Below are positions 29,744-40,291 of a stretch of 64,000 bases of DNA, in pieces (within the stretch, counting starts at the first letter, position 1; each line of letters begins with the position of its first letter). Location of the stretch: positions 129,571 to 193,570 of the forward strand of contig CAVTIG010000001.1 of the NCBI GenBank assembly GCA_963734745.1, given 5' to 3'. Position numbers and translations under genes: made by a program. Below the pieces are notes generated by a model. It made no database searches and was not told where the DNA came from. It saw only the letters and a list, made by a program, of their open reading frames with translations. Origin of the DNA: an uncultured Solirubrobacterales bacterium (GTDB lineage Bacteria; Actinomycetota; Thermoleophilia; Solirubrobacterales; 70-9).

Positions 29744-31814
29744 GCGCCAGACGAAGAGGCGGGGCCGCGGCCGCGGTCCTCTCGCTGAGCATCGCCCTGC
29801 TCGGCATCTTCTGCGCGGGGGCGGCGGGCGCCGGCTCTCTGCAGCTCAGCAACCTCCAGGTCGCCGGGGGCGAGGAGAGCTGGCACCCAACCAACAGCTT
29901 TCACCTCAGCTGGACCGGTCCAAGGGGGGTCGGCGCACCCGCTGTGGCGGCGACGCATTATCGGATCCGCACCCACTGGGGCGAGATCCTCGTCGACGAC
30001 ACCCGCCTCGCCGGCCAGGCAGAGTGGATCGACGGCCTCCAGGTCCCCAACGGCCCGGGCGAGTACATCGCCGAGGTCTGGCTCGAGGACGCCACCGGCA
30101 GCCAGGGGCCGCCGGCCCAGGCGACGCTGCGCTTCGACGACATGCGGCCGCAGAGCGCCGTGCCGCTCCCCGACTCCGGCTGGATCAACCGCACCGAGGT
30201 CCCCTTCGCCCTCCACATCGGACACCCGGGCAACCCCCTGCCGGTCTCGGGGATCAGGGGCTATGCGGTGTCGCTCGACCGCCAGCCGGCCTCGGCGCCC
30301 TGCGCGTCGGCGGCCGGCTGCACCGACGCGGAGACCGACCTTCACGGCGGGATCGGCGATGACTCCTTCCCCGTCTTCGACCTGCCCGAGGGCACCAGCT
30401 ACGTCCACGCGGTCGCCGTCTCGGAGTCGGGGATGAGGTCTGCCGAGACCGGCCACGCGATGCTGCGGGTCGACAAGACCGACCCGGTCACCACCCTCGG
30501 CGGTCCGCCGGGCGGCTGGACCAACCAGCCGGTGGTGCTGACCGCGACCGCGACCGACGCGCTCGCCGGGATGCAGGCGGCCGGCGGCGGGCCGGAGCCG
30601 TTCACCGCGATCCGGGTCGACGAGGCCTCACCGGTCATCTCGGTCGGCGATTCCGCAGCCGCGGCCGTGACCGGCGAGGGCGCCCACACCGTCGCCTACT
30701 ACGCGCGCGACCTGGCCGGCAACGTCAACGATGGCGAGGGACCCGACCGGCCCCCGTCCACCGCCGTCGTGCGGATCGACAGGACCGCGCCCAGCGTCGC
30801 CTTCGCCGACTCCCAGGACCCAGCCGACCCGGAGCTGATCGAGGTGCGGGTCTCCGACCCGCTCTCGGGGCCCGACCCCGGTGCGGGGGCGGATCGAGGT
30901 TCGCCGGGCGGGGTCAGGTGGCCGGTTCGAGCCGCTGCCGACCGAGGTGGCCGCCGGCGCACTGCGGGCTCGCTGGGACTCCGAGTCCCAGCCGCCCGGC
31001 GAGTACGAGTTCCGGGCGACCGGGTACGACGCGGCCGGCAACTCCACCACCACCGAGCGCCGCGCCAACGGCACCAGCATGGTGCTCGTCAACCCGCTGA
31101 AGACCCAGACCGCGCTGCGCGCCGGGTTCGGCGACAAGGTCCTGGTTCTGAGCCGTTGCGAGCGTCGCCGCTGCCGGCGCGACGTCGTCAGGGGGTACGA
31201 CGACCGGCGCCCGCGGGAGAAACTCGTCCCCTACGGAAGCGGCGCCCTCTACAGCGGGCAGCTCAGCACCGTGCGCGGCGCCGCCCTCGCCGACATGCCG
31301 GTGAAGGTGATCGAGCGCTTCCCGGCCGGGGCGAGCCAACTCGACCGGGTGACCACGGTGCGGACCGACGGCGACGGCGTCTTCGTCGTCAACCTGCTCC
31401 CGGGCCCGAGCCGCCAGATCACGGCGGCCTTCCAGGGAACCCGGACGCTGACCGGGTCCGGAGCCGAGACCGGCCGGCTGGAAGTGCGGAGTGCCGTTCG
31501 GATGTGGGCCTCCTCCCCCGTCGCGACGGTCGGCGGGCGGCCGATCGTCTTCCGTGGCAGGGTCGAGGCCGGAGGCGCCGCGATCCCGCCCGACGGCAAG
31601 TCGGTGCAGCTCCAGTTCCGCCTCCCCACCGTCCCCTGGACCGAGTTCCGCACCGTCCAGACCGACGCCCACGGCCGCTTCCGCTACGCCTACCGCTTCA
31701 CCGACAACGACAGCCGCGGCGTCCGCTTCCAGTTCCGCGCCTTCGTCCCGGCGCAGAACCAGCTGGCCCTACGAGCCCGCCGGCTCGCTTCCGGTCGCCG
31801 TTCGCGGGCGCTGA
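29740..31814 (+). CDS. large secreted/cell-surface protein (Ig-like and carboxypeptidase-regulatory-like repeats); apparent frameshifts near 30875 and 31765
   Basis: GTG 29740 overlaps the upstream stop (GTGA) and is followed by a signal peptide. The HTVAYYARDLAGNV motif is of the type found in OmpL47-like beta domains. The text continues in other frames (RGRIEVRRAGSGGRFEPLPTEV..., then WPYEPAGSLPVAVRGR stop). Confidence 0.7.
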
Positions 31815-31821
31815 TAAAAGA

Positions 31822-31847
31822 CGGCCGCCCCATTGCTGGGGCGGCCG
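31822..31847. terminator. hairpin between convergent genes (probable bidirectional terminator)
   Basis: CGGCCGCCCC / loop ATTGCT / GGGGCGGCCG: a perfect 10-bp stem preceded by ATAAAAGA, which gives a U-tract for the minus-strand transcript. Confidence 0.6.
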
Positions 31848-31872
31848 GGGTGGAGCGGAGTGCTCGAGGAGC

Positions 31873-32290
31873 TCAGCGGAGAGCTGAGAGCTGCTCGGTC
31901 GCTCGGTCGACCAGGTCCTGGGCGCGGGAGGTCTGCTCCTCGATCGCCTTGCGGACGCGCTGCTCGGTGGCGCGGCGGTTGCGCTTCGCCTCCGTGGCCG
32001 CTTTGCGGCGGGCGGTGGCGCCGCGGCGCTCGGCCCGTTTCAGGGAGCGGCGGACCTGGGTGCGGTAGGCCTTGACCTGTTTCTCGGCGCTGCTGCGGCC
32101 GGTGAACGGCTCGACCAACTCGGTGAGACGGTCGCTGACGTTGAGGACGATGCCGACCGGAACGTCGACGGCCGTCTGGGCGACGGTCTGGACCTGGCTC
32201 TTCTCGGGGGCCGCCGCTTTGGCGGCGGCGTTTCGCTTTGGTAGTCGTGCGCTTCGCCTGAGCTTTGGTGGTGCTGTTCTGCGTTGCCAT
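31873..32290 (-). CDS. small basic coiled-coil-type hypothetical protein; apparent frameshift near 32230
   Basis: ATG 32290 opens MATQNSTTKAQAKRTTTKAKR. After a 1-nt shift it joins AAAKAAAPEKSQVQTVAQTAVDVPVGIVLNV...EQLSALR. Confidence 0.5.
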
Positions 32291-32402
32291 GAATTGAACC
32301 CCTTCGCTGGACTCGAATTGCCTGCCTCGGTTATGGGCGAGTGTAGCGAACATACGTTCTTCACGAACACACGTTCTAAATCCGCCGCCACCCCCAGTTA
32401 CA

Positions 32403-32455
32403 AGCTCCGCTGTTCCTTTGCCTCATATAACGGGGCAAAGGAACAGCGGAGGGGG
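32403..32455. repeat. REP-like palindromic element
   Basis: CTCCGCTGTTCCTTTGCC (32405-32422), loop TCATATAACGG, GGCAAAGGAACAGCGGAG (32434-32451): a perfect 18-bp stem. Directly abuts the stop of the IMPase gene (32457). Confidence 0.9.
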
Positions 32456-32456
32456 T

Positions 32457-33278
32457 TCAGGGCTGTTGCTGGGCGGCGCGGATGACCGCCAGGCCCCGGT
32501 CGCCCGCGGCGGCGGCGATCGGGTAGCGGGCGTCGAGGCCGAGGCCGGCCTCTTCCGGCGGAAGATCCCCGAACGCCACCCTCCCCCCCGCCTCGCTGAC
32601 GATCAACTGCGCGGCGGCGGCGTCGACCGAGCGGCAGGGGCGCAGCCCAAGCATCGCGTCGAAGCGACCGGCGGCGACGTAGGCGAGGCTGATCGCGATC
32701 GAGCCGACCACGCGGAGGCGGTAGACCTTGCCGGCCAGCGCCTCCAACACCGGGAGCGCGCGCCCCGGCTCCGCCGCCTCGACGCCGAGCAGCTCCAGCA
32801 TCTCGCCGTCCTCGGCGACGTGGATCGCCTCCCCGTCCAGCGTTGCGCCTCTGCCGCGCCAGGCGACGAACTCCTCGGAGGCGCCGAAGTCGTAGACGAA
32901 GCCGAACTCGACCTCGGCCATCGAGGGGCCCGAGGCCAGCGCGACGCTGAGGCTGTGGGAGGGAAGCGTGCGACGGGCGTTGAGCGAGCCGTCGATCGGG
33001 TCGATCACGACCCGCGCCTCGCCGCCCTCGCCGAAGCCGACCTCTCCCCGCTCCTCGGAGACGGCGACGAACGACGCCCCCTCCGCCGCGAGCGCCTCCA
33101 GCTCGGCGAAGACCGCGTCCTCGCAGCGGCGGTCGATGACCAGGCTGCGGTCGCCGCCCTTGCCGACCCCCTCGTAGACGGTGCGCGCCTCGGCACCGCG
33201 AACCCGATCGAAGATCTCCTGCTGCGCCTCCACCACGCGGCGGCAGATTCCCAGCCAGTCTGCGGAAAAAACGTCCAT
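32457..33278 (-). CDS. inositol monophosphatase family protein
   Basis: Start MDVFSADW (ATG 33278). Motifs VIDPIDGSLNA and GSIAISLAYVAAGRFD. The track ORF overextends upstream. Confidence 0.85.
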   Translation of the reverse strand: MDVFSADWLGICRRVVEAQQEIFDRVRGAEARTVYEGVGKGGDRSLVIDRRCEDAVFAELEALAAEGASFVAVSEERGEVGFGEGGEARVVIDPIDGSLNARRTLPSHSLSVALASGPSMAEVEFGFVYDFGASEEFVAWRGRGATLDGEAIHVAEDGEMLELLGVEAAEPGRALPVLEALAGKVYRLRVVGSIAISLAYVAAGRFDAMLGLRPCRSVDAAAAQLIVSEAGGRVAFGDLPPEEAGLGLDARYPIAAAAGDRGLAVIRAAQQQP

Positions 33279-33311
33279 CGGCCGGATGCTATGGCGCGGT
33301 AGCGTTGGACG

Positions 33312-36144
33312 ATGCTTGCCCTGGCCGAAGCGCAGGAGCGTGTGGTGCTCCATGACGAAGGCCCGCTGCTCGTGGTCGGCACGGCCGGGACCGGCAAGAC
33401 CGAGGCGCTGGCGCGACGGCTGGCCCGGCTGGCCGGCGATGGGATCGGGCCGGAACGGGTCCTGGTCCTGACCTCGACCCGGGCCACGGCGCGGCGCCTG
33501 CGCGAGCGCACCGAGGTGCTGCTCGACGGTCCCTACGAGGAGCTCTGGATCGGGACCTGGGAGGCGATCGGCGAGCGGCTGCTGCGCGAGCACTCCACCG
33601 CCGCGGGCCTCGATCCCTTCTTCGACGTCCTGGGTCCGGCCGAGCGCCTGGCGATGCTGCTCGACCGCCTCGACGACCTCCCCCTCCGCCACCACGAGAT
33701 TCGCGGCAACCCGGCCGGCCTCCTCGCCCGCCTGCTGCAACGAATCGACGCCCTCAAGTCCGGCTCCGAACCCCCCGAGCCCGAGCTGGCCGAGTTCACC
33801 GCAGCCCACGACCGAATCCTCGCCGACTCCGGCAACCTCGACGAGGGCGACGTCTTCCTAACCCTCAACAAGCTCCTCCACGAACGTCCCGACGTCCGCA
33901 TCCAGATCGCCACAAGCTTCACGCACCTGATGGTCGACGAGTACGAGGACACCACCTCGGCCCAGCGAGCAATCCTCTCGTCCCTCCAAGCTGAGAACCC
34001 AAACCACGTCTACGCGATGGAGGACGGAGTCGCTCCTCCCGCGGAGCGCATCGTCCTTGACCGTGTATTTCGCGAGCCCGAGGTCAAGCTTCTGGCGTTG
34101 CCGCAACGAGCGCGCCCAGGCTCAGGCAGTCGCCCGCGAAGTCGAGCACCTGGTCGCCGGAGGCACCCCGCCTGAAGCAATTTGCGTGCTGTTTGGCGAC
34201 CCGGCCCGCCAGGGCGGCGCGGTCGCGGCGGCGATGGAGGAGCGCGGCATCCCGTTCCACCTCGCCGGTCCCGCCGCCCTGTTCCAGCGCCCCGAGGTCC
34301 GCGACGCGATCGCCTGGCTGCGGGTGCTGGCCGACCCCGACGACTCGGCCGCCGCGGCCCGCGCCCTGACCCGGCCGCCGGTCGAGCTGCGCTCCGCCGA
34401 CCTGGCGCGGCTGACGACGATCGCGCGGCGGCGCAAGCTCGACATGGTCTCCGGCTGCGAGGCGGCGCTCGACAGCCCCCAGATCCAGCCCGAGGCGCGG
34501 GAGCGGATCCAGTCCTTCCTGAAGCTCTACCGCGCCGCGTCGGCGGCGATGGAGGAGCGGCGCGCCGACGTCTTCGTGCGGCGGCTGATCGAGCGGGTCG
34601 GGCTGCGGCGGCAGCGGCTGTTCGCCGCGCAGCCGGAGGTCGCCGAGCGGCTGCTCAGCCTCTCGCGGCTGGCCGAGCTGGCGGCCGCCTGGGCGCGGCG
34701 CGAGCCGCACGGCTCGACCCGGGGCTTCGTCCGCTACCTGAGCGCCGTCGCCGAGGCGGGGGTGGAGATGCGCGACGGCGAGGACCCGGCGGCGGTCAGC
34801 GCCGTCCAGGGCCTCGACTTCTCCGCGGCGAAGGGGGAGGCTTTCGACCACGCCTTCGTGCTGGGGCTGGAGCGCGACGGTGGCGCGGCGCGGATCGGCA
34901 GCCCGGCGCGGGCGGGGCTCGTCCTCTCGCGGGTCGGTCACGACGCCGACGGCGCCACCCGCCCTTCCCCCTTCTACGAGGAGGCGCGCGCCGCCGCCGG
35001 GGCGCCGCGGGAGGAGGTCCACGAGGAGGAGCTGTTCGGGCCGGCCGAGGGCCTGCACGCCACCTACCGGATGCTGCGCGAGGAGGTGCTGGAGGCCTCG
35101 TGGAAGGCGGGGCGGGAGCTCTCGGAGCCGCGCCTCGACACCGCCGTCGACGTGAACAGGGCGATCGCCCGCTACCTGGAGCTGCTGAAGCTGGCGGCGC
35201 TGGCGCAGCGGCCGGGCGACGAGGCGACGGCCGAGGCGGTCGAGGCGGTCAACGGGCTGCTGCGCCAGGTCGCCACCCCGGAGCAGCAGGCCGAGCTGGA
35301 CGCCTCCCCGCTCGACTCCTACCTGCTCGACTCCGAGCGCGAGCGCGGCCGCCGCCGCGAGCTGATCGCCGCCCGCGAGGAGCCCTCGCTGGCGGCCTTC
35401 CTGCCGCGCCGCGGCGACAAGCGGCTGAGCCTCTCGGCCTCCGACCTCGGCCTCTACCTGACCTGCCCGCTGAAGTACAAGTTCGCGCGGGTCTTCGGCA
35501 TCCCGCAGGAGCCGACGATCAACCAGCGCTTCGGCATCCTCGTCCACAACGTGCTGGAGCGCTTCCACAAGGAGGACGCCGAGGGCGAGGAGGACGGGCT
35601 GCAGCGGCTGATCGGCCTCTTCGAGGCGGGATGGCGACGCTCGGGCTTCGGCTCCAGCGACGACGAGCTGCAGTATCGCGAGCGCGGGCGCGAGGCGATG
35701 CGCCTCTACTGGGAGCGAGAGCAAGTCGCCGAGGGGAAGCCGGTCTGGCTGGAGCGCAAGTTCGACTTCCGGATCGGCGAGCACCACGTGCGCGGGCGGG
35801 TCGACCGGGTCGACCGGCTGCCGGACGGCGGCCACGAGCTGATCGACTACAAGACCGGCGAGCGCAAGACCGAGGCCGACCTCGCCGAGGACCTGCAACT
35901 GGCCCTCTACCGGCTCGCGGCACGCGAGGCGTGGGGCATCGAGGCCGGGATCGGCAGCTACTACTACGTGCTCGACGCCGAAAAGGTGGCGGCGCCGACC
36001 AAGCCCGACGACGCCGAGCGGGTGGAGCGGACGGTGCTCCAGGTGGGCGAAGGGGTGCTCAGTCAGGACTTCGAACCGCGGCCCTCGACCACCGTCTGCG
36101 GCTGGTGCGACTACAGACTTATCTGTCCTGCCGCTGAGAGTTAG
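33312..36144 (+). CDS. UvrD/Rep-family helicase fused to a C-terminal PD-(D/E)XK (RecB/Cas4-like, Cys-cluster) nuclease; apparent frameshift near 34089
   Basis: Walker A GTAGTGKTEAL and DExx-like MVDEYEDTT. Nuclease motifs GRVDRVD...ELIDYKTG and a terminal CGWCDYRLICP. The frame changes between FREPEVK and FWRCRNERAQAQAVAREVEHL. Confidence 0.8.
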
Positions 36145-37001
36145 CTGCCCTGCTGTCGGAGGAAGCGCTGGAACTCGCTGGCGATCGATTCCGCCGACGG
36201 CAGATCCTCAGATTCACCGAGCTGTTCGGTCTGTTCGGCTTCGATTCGCTCGACCAGCTCTTCGATCTCGGGGTTGGCGGCTACTGCGCGGCCTATCTGC
36301 TCTTCGTAGGTTCTCGTCTCTTCCTCGAGCTCGGTTGCGTCTACGGCTATGCCGGTCAGGCCCTCTAGGCGCCGCAGCAGGGCAAGGGCCGCCTTTGGGT
36401 TGGGGACGGCGGCTACGTAGTGCGGCACCGCCGCCCAGAGCGAGGCGGAGGTCATCCCCGCCTGGCGGCAGGCGTCGTGGATGACGCCGACGATCCCGGT
36501 CGGCCCCTCGTAGCTGGAGCGCTGCAGGTCGAGCTCCTCCACCAGCTCCTCGTCCGAGGCGAGGCCGGTGATCGGCACCGGCAGGGTGTGGGAGACCTCG
36601 GCGATCAGCGCGCCCAGGGTGATCACCATCTCGACCCCGAGCGCGTCGGCGGCGGTGGCGACGATCTCGGAGAAGGTCCGCCAGCGCAGGTTCGGCTCGG
36701 TGCCGTCGAAGAGGACGAGGTCGCGGTGGGCGGCGGGAACGCGGGCGGCGATCAGGTTGTTCTCGGGCCAGTCGATCCGCCGGGTCTGGCCCTCGGTCAG
36801 CGTGATCGTCGGCCGGGTCGCCTGGAAGTCGAAGAACTCCTCCGGGTCGACCCGGGCGATCAGCTCGGAGTCGAGCGCCTCGGCGACCGTCGCCAGCGCG
36901 GTCGACGCCGCGGCGGCGGCGTCGTTCCAGCCGCGGAACGAGCAGACGAGGATGGGCGAGCGAAGCTGCGGGAGGTCGCCTTCCCAGGAAAGGGAATCCA
37001 C
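36141..37001 (-). CDS. PAC2 (proteasome assembly chaperone 2-like) family protein
   Basis: 286 aa with the typical actinobacterial PAC2 N-terminus LRSPILVCSFRGWNDAAAAAS. Convergent 4-nt overlap with the helicase stop. Confidence 0.8.
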   Translation of the reverse strand: MDSLSWEGDLPQLRSPILVCSFRGWNDAAAAASTALATVAEALDSELIARVDPEEFFDFQATRPTITLTEGQTRRIDWPENNLIAARVPAAHRDLVLFDGTEPNLRWRTFSEIVATAADALGVEMVITLGALIAEVSHTLPVPITGLASDEELVEELDLQRSSYEGPTGIVGVIHDACRQAGMTSASLWAAVPHYVAAVPNPKAALALLRRLEGLTGIAVDATELEEETRTYEEQIGRAVAANPEIEELVERIEAEQTEQLGESEDLPSAESIASEFQRFLRQQGS

Positions 37002-37041
37002 CCTTTGAGACTAGCGATCGCGATTCACTAGCCTGTCGCCG

Positions 37042-37779
37042 ATGCTCGAGCTGCGGGGGGTCGGCAAGTCGTTCACCTTGGGGGGCTCTCCGGTCGAGGT
37101 GCTGCACGGCGTCTCCTTCGAGATCAGGCCGGGCAAGCTGGTGGCGATCGTCGGGCCCTCCGGGAGCGGCAAGAGCACGCTGCTCAACCTGATCGGGACG
37201 CTGGACTCCCCCACCGCCGGCGGCGTCCTCTTCGAGGGCCGCGACGTCGGCGCCCTCGGCGCCGCCGCGAGGGCGCGGTTCCGGGCGGCAAACCTCGGCT
37301 TCGTCTTCCAGTTCTTCAACCTGCTGCCGGGGCTGACCTCCCGCCAGAACGTCGAGCTTGCCGCGGCGATCGCCGGGCAGGACAGGGCGAGGGCGCGGGC
37401 CCGCGCCGGCGAGCTGCTCGAGGCGGTCGGGCTCGGCGACAGGGTCGACGCCGCCGCCCGCAACCTCAGCGGCGGGCAGATGCAGCGCGTCGCGATCGCC
37501 AGGGCGCTGGTCAACGACCCGCGGCTGATCCTCGCCGACGAGCCGACCGGGAACCTCGACCAGCGCAACGCGGGGCAGATCCTCGAGCTGCTCCGCGCGC
37601 AGGCGACCGGCGACCGCGCCGTGGTGATGGTCACCCACGACCACGAGCTCGCCGAGCGCTTCGCCGACGAGATCGTCTCCCTCGTCGACGGCCGCGTTGC
37701 CGAGATCGCGACAGGCGATCCGAACGGCGACCGGAGCAGCGGGCTGCTCTCGAGCCTGATGGCGCTGGCGAGGAGATGA
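37042..37779 (+). CDS. ABC transporter ATP-binding protein (MacB/LolD-type)
   Basis: Walker A GPSGSGKSTLLN, signature LSGGQMQRVAIARAL, Walker B ILADEPTGNLD. Confidence 0.9.
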   Translation: MLELRGVGKSFTLGGSPVEVLHGVSFEIRPGKLVAIVGPSGSGKSTLLNLIGTLDSPTAGGVLFEGRDVGALGAAARARFRAANLGFVFQFFNLLPGLTSRQNVELAAAIAGQDRARARARAGELLEAVGLGDRVDAAARNLSGGQMQRVAIARALVNDPRLILADEPTGNLDQRNAGQILELLRAQATGDRAVVMVTHDHELAERFADEIVSLVDGRVAEIATGDPNGDRSSGLLSSLMALARR

Positions 37780-40289
37780 AGGGGGCGAAAGCCCAGGCCA
37801 GGGTCGCCGCGCTGATGACCCGCCACCTGCTGCGGGTGATGTCGCGGCAGCGGGCTCGGGTGGCCGTGCTGTGGGCCGCGCTCGTCCTCGCCCTGGGGAT
37901 CGGCGTCGGCCTGCTCGCCTTCGTCACCAGCATCGAGGACTCCTACCAGGCGCGCGGGCATGCGGTGGGCGGGCTCTCGGACGTGCAGGTCGAAGCGGTC
38001 GCGGAGTCCTCGCTGCAGCCCGGCGTCACCGCCCGCCTCAGCCGCCTCCACGGCACGCGCTACGCGGTGCCGATGGCCCAGCAACGCGTCACCCTCGAAG
38101 CGGCCGGAAGGACCGCCGTCGCCACCGCGGTCGGCGTCGACCGCTCGGCGCGCCGGCTGCGCAGCGCCGTGCAGCGCGAGCTGAAGGTGCCGTCGGGCGG
38201 CGCGGCGCGGCGCGGCCTGCTGCTGACCACGAAGCTGGCCGATCGCCTCGGCGGGGTCGAGCCGGGACACCGGATCCGGGTCTTCGCCTACGGCCACACG
38301 TTCCGGCCCCGAGTGGCCAAGGTCGTCGAGGTCGATCCCGCGATCGACGACGTCATGACCCTGCCGCGGGCCCAGCTCGAGCGCCTGCGCGGCGCGCCGG
38401 GGAGGCCGACGATCGTCTACGTGAAGCTCGATCCCGGCGCCTCCCCCGCGGCATGGGAGCGCCGCGCCCGCCACGTCCTGCCGGCCAACGCCGAGCTGAC
38501 CACGGCGGCGGAGAACCAGGCCGAGCTCAACCACGTTCTCGACTTCACGGTCAGGGCCCCGACCTTCGTCTTCGGGCTCGTCGTGCTGGCGATCCTCGGG
38601 CTGCTGATCTACGTCCTGCAGCTGATGCGAATGCTGGAGCGGCAGGAGGACATCGGCCTGCTCGGGGCGCTGGGCTCGCGGCGGGCGCCGCTGATCGTCG
38701 CCGAGAGCGCGATCCTCGCGGTCCTGCTGGCCTTCGCGGTCGTTCCGGGGGCGCTGGTCGGCACGCCGATCGCCCGCTACCTCGCAGCCCAGGTCCCCGA
38801 TTACCTGACCGACGTCTTCGGCTTCAACATGCAGGTCGCGGTCCATCCGGGCGTGGTCGCGGTGGCGGCCGGGGTCGCCCTGGTGGTCGGCGTGGCGGCG
38901 ACGGTCGCCGCGCTGGCCTCAGCGCGCGGCTCGGTCGCCGAGCAGCTCGGGCGCTCGCCGCAGGCCGGCGCGACCGTGGTCACGACGATCTCGCTGCGCG
39001 CCGCGCTCTCGCTGCTGGGCGCGGGCGGCGCCGGCCTGGCGGTCGGCCTGCTGCTCAGCGACGCCGGCCTCTACCCGTTCGCCGCGGTGACCGTCCTGGC
39101 CGGTCTCGCCCTCGTCACCCCGGGCGTGGTCGGGCTCGCCGCGATCGCGCTGGGACGAGGCGGTGGGAACGGGTCGAAGGCGGCGATGGTCGCCCGCGCC
39201 GCGATCGCGGCGAACCCGCGCCGGGCGGCGATGGCGGCCGCGATCATGGCGCTGGGAATCGCCGCGGTGGTCTCGCCGCTGCTCGCCGAGCGGGCGATCG
39301 TCAAGTACAAGGACCGCATCGTCACGGCGATCCGCCCCGGCGCCGAGGAGCTGGTCGGCTCCGACGACTCCTACTACAGCGTGCCGATCACCCCGGCCTT
39401 CGCCCGCGGGGCGCTGCGCGACCCGGCGTCGCGTGCCCAGTCGGCGGTGTTCGCCTTCGTCGACTACCGCGGCCGCAAGATCGAGCTGCGGGGCGTCGAC
39501 AGCAGCCGTCTCGACGGCATCTTCCGGGACGGCTTCGGCCTGCCGCGCGCCCTGCCGCAGCTGCGTCGCAACCCGGGAGGCGTGCTGATCTCGCGCGTGA
39601 TGGCCGCCGGGCTCGGACTCGAGACCGGCGATCGGATCCGGATCCGGACGGCGGTCGGGCCGCGGCGCTTCAAGATCGTCGGCGAGGCCGACGACATCTC
39701 CTGGCCGTCGGGGACCGTCTACCTCGACATCGGCCGCTACCGCCGGCTCTTCCGCACCGACGGCGTCAACGCGTTCGCGGTGAAGCGGGCCGGACTGATC
39801 GACCCGAAGGCGGTGGCGCGGCTCGCGCCGCTGAAGTCGATCACCGGGAGGCAGCTGATCGGGCGGATCGACGCCCAGATGAACAAGAGCACACAGGGCC
39901 TGTTCGCGATGCGGGTGCTCACCCTGCTCGCCGCTTTGGTGGCGGTCAGCGGGATCATCGCCACCGCGGTCCTGTCGCGGCGCCGCGAGTGGGCGGTGCT
40001 GCGCGCGATCGGGATGGGCAACGGCGGCCTCTTCGCCGCGCTGGCCCTGGAGACCCTCCTGGTGATGGCGATCGGCGGCGCTTGCGGAGCGCTTGGCGGG
40101 ATCGTCTCCTTCCGCGGGCCGGGGATGGCCTTCCTCGAGTCCCAGGGGTACGTGATCTCCGGCGACCTGGCGCTGCCGATCGTCGCGGCGGTGGCGGGCG
40201 GCGCGGCGGTGGCCGGGACCCTGGCCGCCGCGATCCCCGCCTGGCTTACGGCCCGGGTCCCGCTGTCGGACGCGCTCTCCTATGAGTAG
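37776..40289 (+). CDS. FtsX-like ABC transporter permease with duplicated FtsX domains
   Basis: 837 aa. Start overlaps the upstream stop (ATGA). Two 4-TM FtsX-type bundles are separated by large extracytoplasmic regions. Confidence 0.85.
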   Translation: MKGAKAQARVAALMTRHLLRVMSRQRARVAVLWAALVLALGIGVGLLAFVTSIEDSYQARGHAVGGLSDVQVEAVAESSLQPGVTARLSRLHGTRYAVPMAQQRVTLEAAGRTAVATAVGVDRSARRLRSAVQRELKVPSGGAARRGLLLTTKLADRLGGVEPGHRIRVFAYGHTFRPRVAKVVEVDPAIDDVMTLPRAQLERLRGAPGRPTIVYVKLDPGASPAAWERRARHVLPANAELTTAAENQAELNHVLDFTVRAPTFVFGLVVLAILGLLIYVLQLMRMLERQEDIGLLGALGSRRAPLIVAESAILAVLLAFAVVPGALVGTPIARYLAAQVPDYLTDVFGFNMQVAVHPGVVAVAAGVALVVGVAATVAALASARGSVAEQLGRSPQAGATVVTTISLRAALSLLGAGGAGLAVGLLLSDAGLYPFAAVTVLAGLALVTPGVVGLAAIALGRGGGNGSKAAMVARAAIAANPRRAAMAAAIMALGIAAVVSPLLAERAIVKYKDRIVTAIRPGAEELVGSDDSYYSVPITPAFARGALRDPASRAQSAVFAFVDYRGRKIELRGVDSSRLDGIFRDGFGLPRALPQLRRNPGGVLISRVMAAGLGLETGDRIRIRTAVGPRRFKIVGEADDISWPSGTVYLDIGRYRRLFRTDGVNAFAVKRAGLIDPKAVARLAPLKSITGRQLIGRIDAQMNKSTQGLFAMRVLTLLAALVAVSGIIATAVLSRRREWAVLRAIGMGNGGLFAALALETLLVMAIGGACGALGGIVSFRGPGMAFLESQGYVISGDLALPIVAAVAGGAAVAGTLAAAIPAWLTARVPLSDALSYE

Positions 40290-40291
40290 CG

